Below are positions 1-8,749 of a stretch of 64,000 nucleotides of DNA, piece by piece. The stretch comes from Thermoanaerobaculia bacterium (GTDB lineage: Bacteria > Acidobacteriota > Thermoanaerobaculia > Gp7-AA8). Each line of letters opens with the position of its first letter. Position 1 is the stretch's first letter. A program made the translations under genes and the position numbers. The notes under the pieces were generated by a model. The model was not told where the DNA came from, did not search any database, and saw nothing but the letters and a program-made list of their open reading frames with translations. The stretch lies in assembly GCA_034665065.1 (NCBI GenBank), contig JAXDGL010000008.1, positions 319,412-383,411 on the forward strand, written 5' to 3'.

Positions 1-79
1 GGTTTCGTCAGTGCACGATCATTCGTCGAGCCACCTGGCCAAACGGCGCCTGACCACTTCGTGCTCCATGTAGGTGCGC

Positions 80-760
80 CTACGGGCGTTGTTGCCCTCT
101 CCGCGCCACGATCGACATGAACTCCTGGCGCGTTCGTTCATCGCTGCGGAACTCGCCGCGCAGCACGTTGGTCTCCATGAACGACGATTCCTGCTCCACG
201 CCGCGCATGACCATACACATGTGAATGCCGCCCATCCAGACGGCGATGCCGCGTGGCTCCAGAATCCGCTCGATCGTATCGGCCACGTCGTGGGCGAGAT
301 GCTCCTGCGACTGCAAGCGCCGCATGTGCACTTCGACGATGCGCGGAATCTTCGACGCGCCGATGATCATCGTCTCCGGAATGTAGCCGACGATGAAATG
401 GCCGAAGAACGGCAGGATGTGATGCGCGCAGAGCGTCTTGTACGTTCCGCCGATCACGACGAGGTTCTGGCACTGCTCGTCTGCCGCCGAACATGCTTTG
501 CGAAAAAGCGTCGTCAGTTTCTTGATGTCGGTGTAGTCGTAGCCGCTCGTCATCGTCACGAGCGACTCCGCCCATCGCCGCGGCGTGTCGCGAATGTTCT
601 CGTCTTCCATGTCGACGTGCAGAAGTTTGAGCGCTTCGCGAAGGTGATGTTGTAGCCGCTCGCGATCGACGGAAGGCCGCGGCATCGCCAGCAAGCGATC
701 CTCGACGATCGCTTCAACCTCTGGCTCGATGATGAGATCTGTAGGGAGTTGGCTCTTCAT
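80..760 (-). CDS. folE: GTP cyclohydrolase I
   Basis: 226-aa ORF with the conserved FolE C-terminal core (…GGIHMCMVMRGV…, HHILPFFG). Complete, stop at 80. Confidence 0.85.
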   Translation of the reverse strand: MKSQLPTDLIIEPEVEAIVEDRLLAMPRPSVDRERLQHHLREALKLLHVDMEDENIRDTPRRWAESLVTMTSGYDYTDIKKLTTLFRKACSAADEQCQNLVVIGGTYKTLCAHHILPFFGHFIVGYIPETMIIGASKIPRIVEVHMRRLQSQEHLAHDVADTIERILEPRGIAVWMGGIHMCMVMRGVEQESSFMETNVLRGEFRSDERTRQEFMSIVARRGQQRP

Positions 761-819
761 ATCGTGAGAGAGTTTACGTGATATATCGTTTTACAAGCCT
801 AAGTTTGTTAAAGTAGTAA

Positions 820-850
820 TTGACAACTGAATGAGCGTTCATTCATACTC
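820..850 (+). promoter_or_regulatory. sigma70-like promoter with embedded palindromic operator
   Basis: AT-rich upstream region. TTGACA at ~820-825, a CATACT/TACTCT -10 candidate at ~843-850, and a perfect inverted repeat TGAATGAgcgTTCATTCA (~828-845) between them. Followed by an AAGGAG RBS and the ATG at 917. Confidence 0.4.
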
Positions 851-916
851 TCTTTCGCGCTGTCTTACCGCGGCGGAATGAATCGTGTAATCAGCCCCAG
901 CCGAAGGAGTTTTCAA

Positions 917-2821
917 ATGGCCGAAGTCAAATCACAGGGTGCCGTCGATGCGATGGATGTCGCCGAGGGTGCGCGCGAGACCGAGTGGGAAAAGCCGTCG
1001 TTTGTTGGGGATCTTTTTCTCGGCAAACTCAATCTCGATCTGATTCATCCGTTCCCCGAGCAGCCGGAAGCGGATCGCGCAGAGGCCGATGATTTTCTTG
1101 CGCGCATGGAGCGATTCCTCGCGGAGAACGTCGATGCAGAGAAGATCGATGAACAGGGCGAATACGACTACTCGCTCTTCGACGGACTGAATCAACTCGG
1201 CGCCTGGGGCATGAAGATCCCGAAAGAATATGGCGGCCTTGGATTCAGCGCCACGAACTACAACCGCGCCATCGGACTCGTCGCGACGTGGTGCGGATCG
1301 ACGGTGGCCTGGCTTTCCGCGCATCAGTCGATCGGCGTTCCGCAGCCGCTCAAACTCTTCGGTACACCCGAGCAGAAGAAAAAGTATCTGCCGCGTCTCG
1401 CCAACGGAGCGATCTCCGCGTTTGCCTTGACCGAGCCGGGCGTCGGATCGGATCCGGCTAAGATGGAGACGACAGCAACCAAGTCACCCGACGGCAAGGG
1501 CTGGATCATCAACGGCCACAAGCTCTGGTGCACAAACGCCACGAAGGCCGAGCTTCTCGTGGTCATGACGCGTACCGCTCCGAAGATCGTCAACGGCAAA
1601 GAGAAGAAACAGATCACAGCGTTCATCGTCGAGACGAACAGTCCAGGGTTTTCGATCGAGCATCGCTGCCAGTTCATGGGGCTGCGCGGCATCGGCAACG
1701 CCCTGATCAAGTTCGACAACGTCTACGTTCCGAATGAGAACCTCCTCTGGGGAGAAGGCCTCGGACTCAAGCTCGCGCTGATCACGCTGAACACAGGTCG
1801 CCTCACGATTCCTGCCGGTTGTGCTGCGGCGGGGCGAAAGATGGTCGACATCGCCAAGGACTGGTCGAATGAGCGCGTGCAGTGGGGCGCTCCAATCGGC
1901 AAGCATGAAGCCGTGGCAGCGAAGATCGCCTGGATGGCGTCGCACACGTTCGCGATGGAAGCGATCGTCTGGCTGACGTCCGGTCTCGCTGATCGCGGCA
2001 ACGTCGATCTGCGGCTCGAAGCGGCGATGGCGAAACTCTTCAACACCGAAGTAGCGTGGACGATCTCCGATCACCTCGTGCAGATCCGCGGCGGACGCGG
2101 ATATGAAACGTCGCAGTCGCTGCGCGCACGTGGCGAGAAAGCCTATCCGGTCGAGCGGATCATGCGCGACATGCGCATCAACCGCATCTTCGAGGGCACG
2201 AGCGAGATTCAGCACCTCTTCATCGCCCGCGAGGCAGTCGATCCGCACATGAAGCGCGGCTTCAAGATCCTCCAACCCGAAACCCCGACCGGCGAAAAGA
2301 TCAGCGCCGCGGCGAAAGCGGGCCTGCACTACGCCGGCTGGTATCCGTCGCGCTACCTCGGCTGGTCGCGTTTCCCGAAGTTCAGCGAGTTCGGCAAGCT
2401 GACGGGACACATGGGCTACATCGAGCGCACGTCGCGCCATCTCTCGCGCTCGATCTTCCACGCAATGATGCGCTTTCAGGCGAAGCTCGAGCGCAAGCAG
2501 ATGGTGCTCTTCCGCATCGTCGACATCGGCACGGACCTCTTCGCCATGGCTGCAGCAATCAGCTACGCCACGATGCTCGCCAAGAAAGGCGGCGCCGAAA
2601 AGAAGAACGCCGTCGACCTCGCCGACGTCTTCTGCCGCGAAGCGCGCATGCGCATCGACGCGAACTTCCACAATCTCTTCACCGATCACGATGACGCGGC
2701 CTACAAGCTCGTGATGAACCTACTCAAGGGCGAGTTCGACTGGTTCAAAGGCCAGGTCGTCGAAGAGCCTGTGATGCCGACTCCGGAACAGATCGAAGAG
2801 GCGATGGCGAAGCTGGCGTAA
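917..2821 (+). CDS. long acyl-CoA dehydrogenase (~634 aa, FadE-like)
   Basis: ACAD family motifs (GLRGIGNALIKFDNVYVPNENLLWGEGLGLKLALITLNTGRL; C-terminal FEGTSEIQ). The ORF track starts at 878; the ATG at 917 has a strong AAGGAG RBS 10 nt upstream. Confidence 0.85.
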   Translation: MAEVKSQGAVDAMDVAEGARETEWEKPSFVGDLFLGKLNLDLIHPFPEQPEADRAEADDFLARMERFLAENVDAEKIDEQGEYDYSLFDGLNQLGAWGMKIPKEYGGLGFSATNYNRAIGLVATWCGSTVAWLSAHQSIGVPQPLKLFGTPEQKKKYLPRLANGAISAFALTEPGVGSDPAKMETTATKSPDGKGWIINGHKLWCTNATKAELLVVMTRTAPKIVNGKEKKQITAFIVETNSPGFSIEHRCQFMGLRGIGNALIKFDNVYVPNENLLWGEGLGLKLALITLNTGRLTIPAGCAAAGRKMVDIAKDWSNERVQWGAPIGKHEAVAAKIAWMASHTFAMEAIVWLTSGLADRGNVDLRLEAAMAKLFNTEVAWTISDHLVQIRGGRGYETSQSLRARGEKAYPVERIMRDMRINRIFEGTSEIQHLFIAREAVDPHMKRGFKILQPETPTGEKISAAAKAGLHYAGWYPSRYLGWSRFPKFSEFGKLTGHMGYIERTSRHLSRSIFHAMMRFQAKLERKQMVLFRIVDIGTDLFAMAAAISYATMLAKKGGAEKKNAVDLADVFCREARMRIDANFHNLFTDHDDAAYKLVMNLLKGEFDWFKGQVVEEPVMPTPEQIEEAMAKLA

Positions 2822-2844
2822 CGTGGAACGCATATAATCGGCGC

Positions 2845-4065
2845 ATGCTCAGCTCGCCCACGCCGCTTCTGCGGCGCGTAGCCATCGAGAATTTCAAGAG
2901 CATCGCAAAGTGCCGCGTAGATCTCGCTCCGCTGACGATCCTCGTCGGGCGCAACGGTTCTGGTAAGAGTAACTTTCTCGACGCACTGAAATTTGTTGCC
3001 GACGCGCTTCAGACGTCACTCGATCACGCGATCCGAAGCCGAGGAGGTATCGACGATGTGCGCCGTCGAAGCACCGGCCATCCCCGAAACTTTGGGATAC
3101 GTCTGGAGCTTCTTCTTCCAAACCTTCATAGGGCGGACTTCACATTCGAGATTGCCTCTCGTCCCGGAGGATCGTTCGCCGTAAAGAACGAAGAGCTTAA
3201 TGTAGTTTCGCCGAGCGGCTCGAAAACGGCAAATTATCACCGCGAGGAAAGGAGGGTTTCTTCCGAGAGCCATACAACAATGCCTCCTGTGCTCGACGAC
3301 CGCCTCTTTCTCGTCAACGCCGCTGGCCTTCCGGAATTTAGGCCCGCATATGATGCCCTCGTTGCGATGGGTTTCTATAACCTTGATCCCGAAGCGATGC
3401 GGGAGCCGCAGGCACCCGACGCTGGAGAGTTGTTGCATCACGATGGAAGTAACATTGCCAGCGTAGTGGGACGTTTGTCGGCACATCCGTCGGACGTTTT
3501 AGCTCGGATCAGTGACTACCTCCGGCACATTGTTCCTGCCGTCGAAAGTCTAGAGCGAGCACCTCTTGGACCGCGCGAGACGTTGCAGTTTTTGCAGAAG
3601 GTAAAAGGCTCTAAGTACCCGTGGCGTTTCTATGCCTCCAGTATGTCGGACGGCACGCTTCGGGCTCTCGGCGCGCTTGTCGCGGTTACACAATTTGCGG
3701 AAGGCGCACAGACGGTGCGACTAGTTGGTATAGAGGAACCTGAAACCGCACTTCATCCTGCCGCCGCTGGAGCGCTTATGGATGCCTTAAGGGAGGCGAC
3801 GAAACACACTCAGGTGATTGTGACCACGCATAGTGCCGATCTGCTTGATCAAGTCGATATCGATCGTGACGGGCTGCTGGTTGTCGTGTCGACAGACGGC
3901 GTCACCAGAATCGCCCCGGCGGATGAAGCTAGTATCAACGTTGTTCGTGAGCATCTCTACTCAGTCGGTGAACTGCTGCGAGCGGATCAACTTGTCCCCG
4001 ATCCTACAAGTCTCGAAGAACAGGATCAGCTGGAGTTGTTCTCAACCGGCACCGCGGCCCAATGA
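2845..4065 (+). CDS. ABC/OLD-type AAA ATPase (AAA_21/AAA_15-like)
   Basis: Walker A VGRNGSGKSNFLDAL near the N-terminus. Walker B/D-loop region RLVGIEEPETALHP and TTHS near the C-terminus. Architecture matches ATPase subunits of OLD/PARIS/AbiL/Gabija-like systems. Confidence 0.8.
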   Translation: MLSSPTPLLRRVAIENFKSIAKCRVDLAPLTILVGRNGSGKSNFLDALKFVADALQTSLDHAIRSRGGIDDVRRRSTGHPRNFGIRLELLLPNLHRADFTFEIASRPGGSFAVKNEELNVVSPSGSKTANYHREERRVSSESHTTMPPVLDDRLFLVNAAGLPEFRPAYDALVAMGFYNLDPEAMREPQAPDAGELLHHDGSNIASVVGRLSAHPSDVLARISDYLRHIVPAVESLERAPLGPRETLQFLQKVKGSKYPWRFYASSMSDGTLRALGALVAVTQFAEGAQTVRLVGIEEPETALHPAAAGALMDALREATKHTQVIVTTHSADLLDQVDIDRDGLLVVVSTDGVTRIAPADEASINVVREHLYSVGELLRADQLVPDPTSLEEQDQLELFSTGTAAQ

Positions 4066-4649
4066 GCCGCTTGGCCGTCTTCCCGATCGTCGAAGGGCAC
4101 GGCGAAGTCGAGTCGATTCGCACTCTGGTTACGCGCATCTGGACGGAACTTCTCCATCAGGACTACGTAGTTGTCTCGCGTCCTTTGCGCATTCCTCGGT
4201 CGAAAATCACGAAGAGCGCCGAGATTCGCCGGGCTGTAGAGCTCGGCCGCCGGAAGTTGCAATCCGAGCTCACGGATCGCCGACTGGTCCTTGTACTTTT
4301 CGACGCAGACAATGATTTGCCGTGCAGGATTGCGCCCCAGGTTCGCTTGCTTCTGCCTGACCCTGGAATCGACGTCAGCATCGTGGTGGCCAATCTGGAA
4401 TACGAGACGTGGTTCGTCGGTGCCGCAGAGTCGCTGAGCGACTTCATCGATGTGCCAGCTCATGTTCCCGATTCACCTGAGACAGAGCGGTGCCGCAAAG
4501 GTTGGGTCGAGCAACGAACGAAGTCAGGGCGATACAGCGAAACGATCGACCAGCCGAGGTTCACTGCTCGGATGGATCTCATCGCCTGTCGCAGACGGTG
4601 CCCTTCGTTCGACAAATTATGCCGTGAGCTGTTCGCTTACACCGTTTAA
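4062..4649 (+). CDS. TOPRIM-like (DUF4276-type) partner protein
   Basis: 195 aa. Start overlaps the ATPase stop (ATGA, translational coupling). Conserved Glu in FPIVEGHGE and LVLFDADND (DxD) resemble a TOPRIM catalytic core. Family assignment is from memory of DUF4276-like proteins. Confidence 0.65.
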   Translation: MSRLAVFPIVEGHGEVESIRTLVTRIWTELLHQDYVVVSRPLRIPRSKITKSAEIRRAVELGRRKLQSELTDRRLVLVLFDADNDLPCRIAPQVRLLLPDPGIDVSIVVANLEYETWFVGAAESLSDFIDVPAHVPDSPETERCRKGWVEQRTKSGRYSETIDQPRFTARMDLIACRRRCPSFDKLCRELFAYTV

Positions 4650-4870
4650 TCCCGAATCTTTTCTTCGTCATCCGCCGTCTCGCTTCCCTTGTACGTCGCC
4701 AGACAGTCGCCGCACAACATGTCGCTGTTGTTGTCGCCGGGTGCGGGAACGAAGCCGTCACGCTGCACGACTTCGAGGAAACAGGCCGTGTACTCCTCAG
4801 GCATCTCACCGCGAACGCTCGCGGTTCGGCCGCAGTCGCGGCATCGAAGGAGCGTCTGCCCTTCCATCAC
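4646..4870 (-). CDS. small zinc-ribbon protein
   Basis: 74 aa with CRDCGR…CGDC (two CxxC pairs). Its start overlaps the stop of the upstream peptidase gene by 4 bp (ATGA). Confidence 0.45.
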   Translation of the reverse strand: MMEGQTLLRCRDCGRTASVRGEMPEEYTACFLEVVQRDGFVPAPGDNNSDMLCGDCLATYKGSETADDEEKIRD

Positions 4871-6582
4871 TTTTCTCCGGCCGCGGGAAAGACGGGTGTG
4901 ATGTCGACGGGGATGTCCTTCAGCGTCGCGTTGACTGCGGCCATCTCCGGCGTTTCCTTTCCGTAGCGATCGAGCAGCGCTTTCGCGCGCGGATAGTCAC
5001 CCGTCGCTTCGATCGTCAACAGTTCCGTGGCGAGATCGCGGACTGCGTCGCGCGATTTCGCGAAGTCGACGGTGAAGCGGCCGCCCGCGATCGGCGTGAC
5101 CGCGCCTTTCTCGCGCAGCCAGTTCCACTGAATCGCGGTACCGCGTCCGTGCGCTTCTCCGACTCCGAATCGTGTCGAGCGGAACATGAGGCCGGCGTAG
5201 GTCGCCAGCAGTTGGCGTTCATTGAAGGCAGTGACGAGTCCGTGCTGCTGTGCATAGAGAAGATTCCAGACGCCGAGAACGTCGGCCTTGCACTCTTCGA
5301 CGGTCGAGAAAAGCTCTTTGAGCGGGATGCGTACCTCGACGCGTTTGCCGTCCGCTTGCGTCAGGAATCCTGGCCCGAGGCCGTGGGAGAGCTCGTGGAA
5401 GAGAACGTGATTGAAGAACGCATCGAACGAGACGAGACTTTGCAGCGACGAATCGAGCACGCGCGCGGCGATCGGCTTGCCGCTCTGCCGGAACTTGGCA
5501 TCCATCACGTTCTTGAGCAGGACTTTCTTCGAACCTTTCTTCTCGCGCACCACTTCGTCGTTCGGCAGATTGAACGCCGCAGTCTGCACGCCGTTGCGCG
5601 CGTCGCCGGCGGTGTAGAGCTCCTGCACGACTTTGATCGGCGACTCGCTGCCGCGGTTGGGATTCTTGTACTGCTCCGGCTCCGGCAGATTCTTCTCCAT
5701 GTCCGGAAGCGCCTTCGCATACGCGGCGAGCTTCGCGCTTTCGGGTTTATCGACGACGGTCACGAACGACTCGTACGACGCTTTGTAGTTGAAGAGATTG
5801 TCTTCGTAGACTTCGTACGGACCGATGACGACTTCGATGTTGCCGGCGAGGTCCATCCAGGCCATGTCACTCTCTCGATAGTTGTCGGAGAGCAGCGCGT
5901 CGGCGCGGGCGGAGAGAAAGCGCTTCAGCGTTGCATCGGTCGTGATCGCCGCGGCCTCGCGAAGATTTTGCGCAGCCGGCTTCAGGTAGTCAGCGTAGTA
6001 GGCGGCGTACGGAATGCCGACGAGGTTCGTACCATCGCGCCGGACGACGGCGAAGAGTCCCTCCAGCTCCTCCTTCTGCGATGGATGCGCGGCAACGTAG
6101 CGCTCGAATTCATCCTTCGTGATGTCGGACGGATAAAACGCGGCGCCCGGCGGCTTCGCGCCTGCGGTTCCGAAAGGCGCGATGAACGGCTCGTCGCTCT
6201 TCAATCGGTCCCAGCGGCCTTTGTTGGCGATGAAGTAGTCGAGAGCCGCTTTCTGGAGTGGCCCTCCAGCGCTGGCATCGCCGAGCTTTTTCAGAAGCAG
6301 CGGATTCTCTTCGCTGACCTGTCGCCAGTAGATCTCCTCGATTTGCTTCGACGCCTCGATCAGCTTGGCCACGACCTGACGCTCATTGTCATTGAGCAGC
6401 GCGTGGTCGTAGTCGATGACCGTGCGCGGAAGCTGGGCCATGCGCTGCGCCGTATCGGGCGCGATCGGGGATGACGCAGCCGCCGTTGATGGTGTTGCCG
6501 CCGGAGCGGTTGACGTCGGAGTGGTTGCTGTCTGGCACGCCGTGGCGGCGGCAGCAATGAGGAGGATCAGTCGTTTCATCAC
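4867..6582 (-). CDS. secreted/lipoprotein HEXXH zinc metallopeptidase (DPP-III/M49-like)
   Basis: N-terminal signal with lipobox-like …AATACQ, a Thr/Ala/Pro-rich linker, and an FHELSHGLG HExxH motif. 571 aa. Confidence 0.7.
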   Translation of the reverse strand: MMKRLILLIAAAATACQTATTPTSTAPAATPSTAAASSPIAPDTAQRMAQLPRTVIDYDHALLNDNERQVVAKLIEASKQIEEIYWRQVSEENPLLLKKLGDASAGGPLQKAALDYFIANKGRWDRLKSDEPFIAPFGTAGAKPPGAAFYPSDITKDEFERYVAAHPSQKEELEGLFAVVRRDGTNLVGIPYAAYYADYLKPAAQNLREAAAITTDATLKRFLSARADALLSDNYRESDMAWMDLAGNIEVVIGPYEVYEDNLFNYKASYESFVTVVDKPESAKLAAYAKALPDMEKNLPEPEQYKNPNRGSESPIKVVQELYTAGDARNGVQTAAFNLPNDEVVREKKGSKKVLLKNVMDAKFRQSGKPIAARVLDSSLQSLVSFDAFFNHVLFHELSHGLGPGFLTQADGKRVEVRIPLKELFSTVEECKADVLGVWNLLYAQQHGLVTAFNERQLLATYAGLMFRSTRFGVGEAHGRGTAIQWNWLREKGAVTPIAGGRFTVDFAKSRDAVRDLATELLTIEATGDYPRAKALLDRYGKETPEMAAVNATLKDIPVDITPVFPAAGEK

Positions 6583-6603
6583 ACTCTCCTTCAGAACGCG
6601 GGA

Positions 6604-7254
6604 TTGTACGTGAGCCGAACGCTCTGCTATCGTCAGGCCACTTCCAGCCGAGGTTCTCTATTGATCATCGAGTGCACGAGCTGTCACGCGCGGTATCAGT
6701 ACGACGAGGACCGCTTCGACCGGAAGCCGGTGAAGAAGATCAAGTGCGCCAAATGCAGCACGGTGTTCGAGATCCAGAATCCTGCGTTCGCCGAGAAACC
6801 GGAGCCGTCCACCGGTGAGTCGACGTTCGCGCGGCGCGAGGAGACCCGCACGCGCGCGCCCGAACCGAAAGAGACGAAGGAGACGACCGAGGAGTCGCGC
6901 CTCCCGGATCGCGGCACCGGTCCGCGGCCAGCACAACCACAGTTGCCAACGGGCAGGCGCATTTCGATCGCCGTCATCGCCGGGACGGACGCCGGGATGG
7001 TGTATCGAGTAGAGAAGCCGCGCATCACGATCGGACGCGCCGGCGCCGACTTGACCATCAACGACGGCGAGGCGTCGCGCCAGCATGCCGCGATCGAAGT
7101 GCGCGACACGGTCATCACCGTCGAGGATCTGAAGTCGACGAATGGAACGCTGATCGACGGCGAGAGGATCATCCAGCCGGTCGAGCTTCAGGACAAGGCG
7201 GAGTTCCAGATCGGCGGCACGACGCTGATGCTGATCATGACGGACGATGGGTGA
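6604..7254 (+). CDS. FHA-domain protein with N-terminal MJ0042-type zinc ribbon
   Basis: CTSCHARYQYDE…KCAKCSTVFE zinc ribbon. C-terminal FHA domain (ITIGRAGADLTINDGEASRQHAAIE…STNGTLIDGERI). The likely true start is the TTG at 6661 (MIIECTSCH…). Confidence 0.8.
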   Translation: MYVSRTLCYRQATSSRGSLLIIECTSCHARYQYDEDRFDRKPVKKIKCAKCSTVFEIQNPAFAEKPEPSTGESTFARREETRTRAPEPKETKETTEESRLPDRGTGPRPAQPQLPTGRRISIAVIAGTDAGMVYRVEKPRITIGRAGADLTINDGEASRQHAAIEVRDTVITVEDLKSTNGTLIDGERIIQPVELQDKAEFQIGGTTLMLIMTDDG

Positions 7255-7537
7255 TTGATTGCGCTTCGCGCGTTGTCGGTTGTCGGTTGGTTGCGCTTCG
7301 CGCGTTGTCGGTTGTCGGCGCTTCGCGCCTTTTCTAGAACGATCCTGCCCCGTCTTGGGCGGCGAGTATTCCAAGCATGAAGAGTTCGATCAGCTCCCGA
7401 ATTCGACACTGGCGCAGACAACGCGCGAAGCGCAATCAACCGACAACCGACAACGCGCGCAGCGCAATAAGACAACGCGCGAAGCGCAATCAACCGACAA
7501 CCGACAACGCGCGAAGCGCAACAAGCGCAGCGCAATA
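7255..7537. repeat. composite direct+inverted repeat of a ~36-bp GC-rich unit
   Basis: Unit TTGATTGCGCTTCGCGCGTTGTCGGTTGTCGG occurs twice in direct orientation (7255-7328) and twice as reverse complement (7419-7537). Can fold into a long hairpin with a ~90-nt loop. Confidence 0.8.
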
Positions 7538-7553
7538 CCGATACACTCTCCGC

Positions 7554-8345
7554 GTGGACGCACTCCGCACGCTCTATCGCTATCGCCAGCTCATCGCGGC
7601 GCTCACCGCGCGCGATCTGAAGGCGCGGTACCGCGGCTCGATCCTTGGCTTTTTTTGGTCGCTGGCCAATCCGCTGCTCCTTCTGGCCGTCTATACGATC
7701 GTCTTCACCTTCTTTTTTCCGTCGAGTCTCATTCATCCCTATCCGTTGTTTCTCTTCTCCGGAATCCTGCCGTGGACCTTTTTCTCGGCGGCGGTACTCG
7801 AGTCGACGTCGGCGATCTCTTCGAACGCGGGGCTGATCAAAAAGGTGATGTTTCCCGCGGAGGCGCTGCCCTTGGTGACGGTGGCATCGCATCTGGTTCA
7901 CTTCGTTCTCGCCATGCCCGTCCTTTTGCTGGCCACGCTTGGCTTCGCGCTGCATGGCGACATTACGATCACCATGAACATCCTACTGGTGCCGCTGCTC
8001 ATGATTCTGCAGACGCTCTTCGTCGCCGGCATCGCCATGACCGTGTCGTCCGCGTCAGTGCTCTTTCGCGATCTGCGCGACATCCTCACGAACCTGATGC
8101 AGCTCGGATTCTTCGTGACGCCGATCCTCTTTCTGGTCGACCGCGTTCAGTCGCGCCCTCTCCGTGCGCTGCTGCGGCTCAACCCGATGACGCCCTTCGT
8201 CGTCTCGTATCAGGACGTGCTTTTCTTCGGACATCTGCCGGGCATCGCCGACATTCTGCTGATCCTCACGTACGCATTCGGATCGCTGGCGATCGGCGTG
8301 ATGGTGTTCGGCAGGCTGCGCGACACGCTGGCCGAGGCAATCTAG
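7554..8345 (+). CDS. ABC-2 type transporter permease (Wzm/KpsM-like polysaccharide exporter)
   Basis: LRTLYRYRQLIAALTARDLKARYRGSILGFFWSLANPLL is the typical ABC-2 N-terminus, followed by six predicted TM helices. The ORF track starts at 7377 inside the repeat region; the GTG at 7554 is the likely start. Confidence 0.8.
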   Translation: MDALRTLYRYRQLIAALTARDLKARYRGSILGFFWSLANPLLLLAVYTIVFTFFFPSSLIHPYPLFLFSGILPWTFFSAAVLESTSAISSNAGLIKKVMFPAEALPLVTVASHLVHFVLAMPVLLLATLGFALHGDITITMNILLVPLLMILQTLFVAGIAMTVSSASVLFRDLRDILTNLMQLGFFVTPILFLVDRVQSRPLRALLRLNPMTPFVVSYQDVLFFGHLPGIADILLILTYAFGSLAIGVMVFGRLRDTLAEAI

Positions 8346-8406
8346 CGGGCGCAACTGATCGCCGACGACTCACAGGAAGACCGCAACTCAAGCGGCTTCC
8401 GCGTCG

Positions 8407-8606
8407 AAAATGTTGAATGTTGAATGTTGAATGTTGAATGTTGAGTGTTGATCGTGCGCCGCCATCCTCCGTTCGTTCAACACTCAATACTCATCATTTA
8501 CAATTTAATGAATCCAACATTTAATATCCATCATTTAACATACAATATTAACATCCGCCATTTAACACTCAACATTTAACATTCAACATTCAACATTCAA
8601 ATGTTC
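8407..8606. repeat. AT-rich imperfect palindrome built from TTGAATG heptamer arrays
   Basis: 5x tandem TTGAATG (8409-8445) and its reverse complement CATTCAA x3 (8580-8606) flank a ~120-bp AT-rich core carrying repeated CATTTAACA-like motifs. Sharply lower GC than surrounding DNA. Confidence 0.8.
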
Positions 8607-8749
8607 GCTGAACCAGAATCATCGTTCTGCGCGAAGATTCTCAGCATCCAAGGTACAGCCGGCCTGGAAGACGCTTCGGCGCCGGCAACGGAACGACGAA
8701 CCCCCGCTCCCCACACCCATCCCGTATCATGTCGCGCCGCGGAGGTCGA

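Noticed and set aside
74-655. 193-aa plus-strand ORF
   Set aside because: Antisense to the well-supported folE gene. Arg/His-rich composition typical of GC-rich spurious frames.
4450-6474. 674-aa plus-strand ORF
   Set aside because: Antisense to the HEXXH peptidase gene. Extreme Arg content, no motifs.
8409-8445. Possibility that tandem heptamer/octamer arrays (8409, 13299, 47722, 56836) are CRISPR arrays
   Set aside because: Units are 7-8 bp, contiguous, without spacers, and paired with inverted complements. They are hairpin or satellite-like repeats, not CRISPR. No cas genes present.
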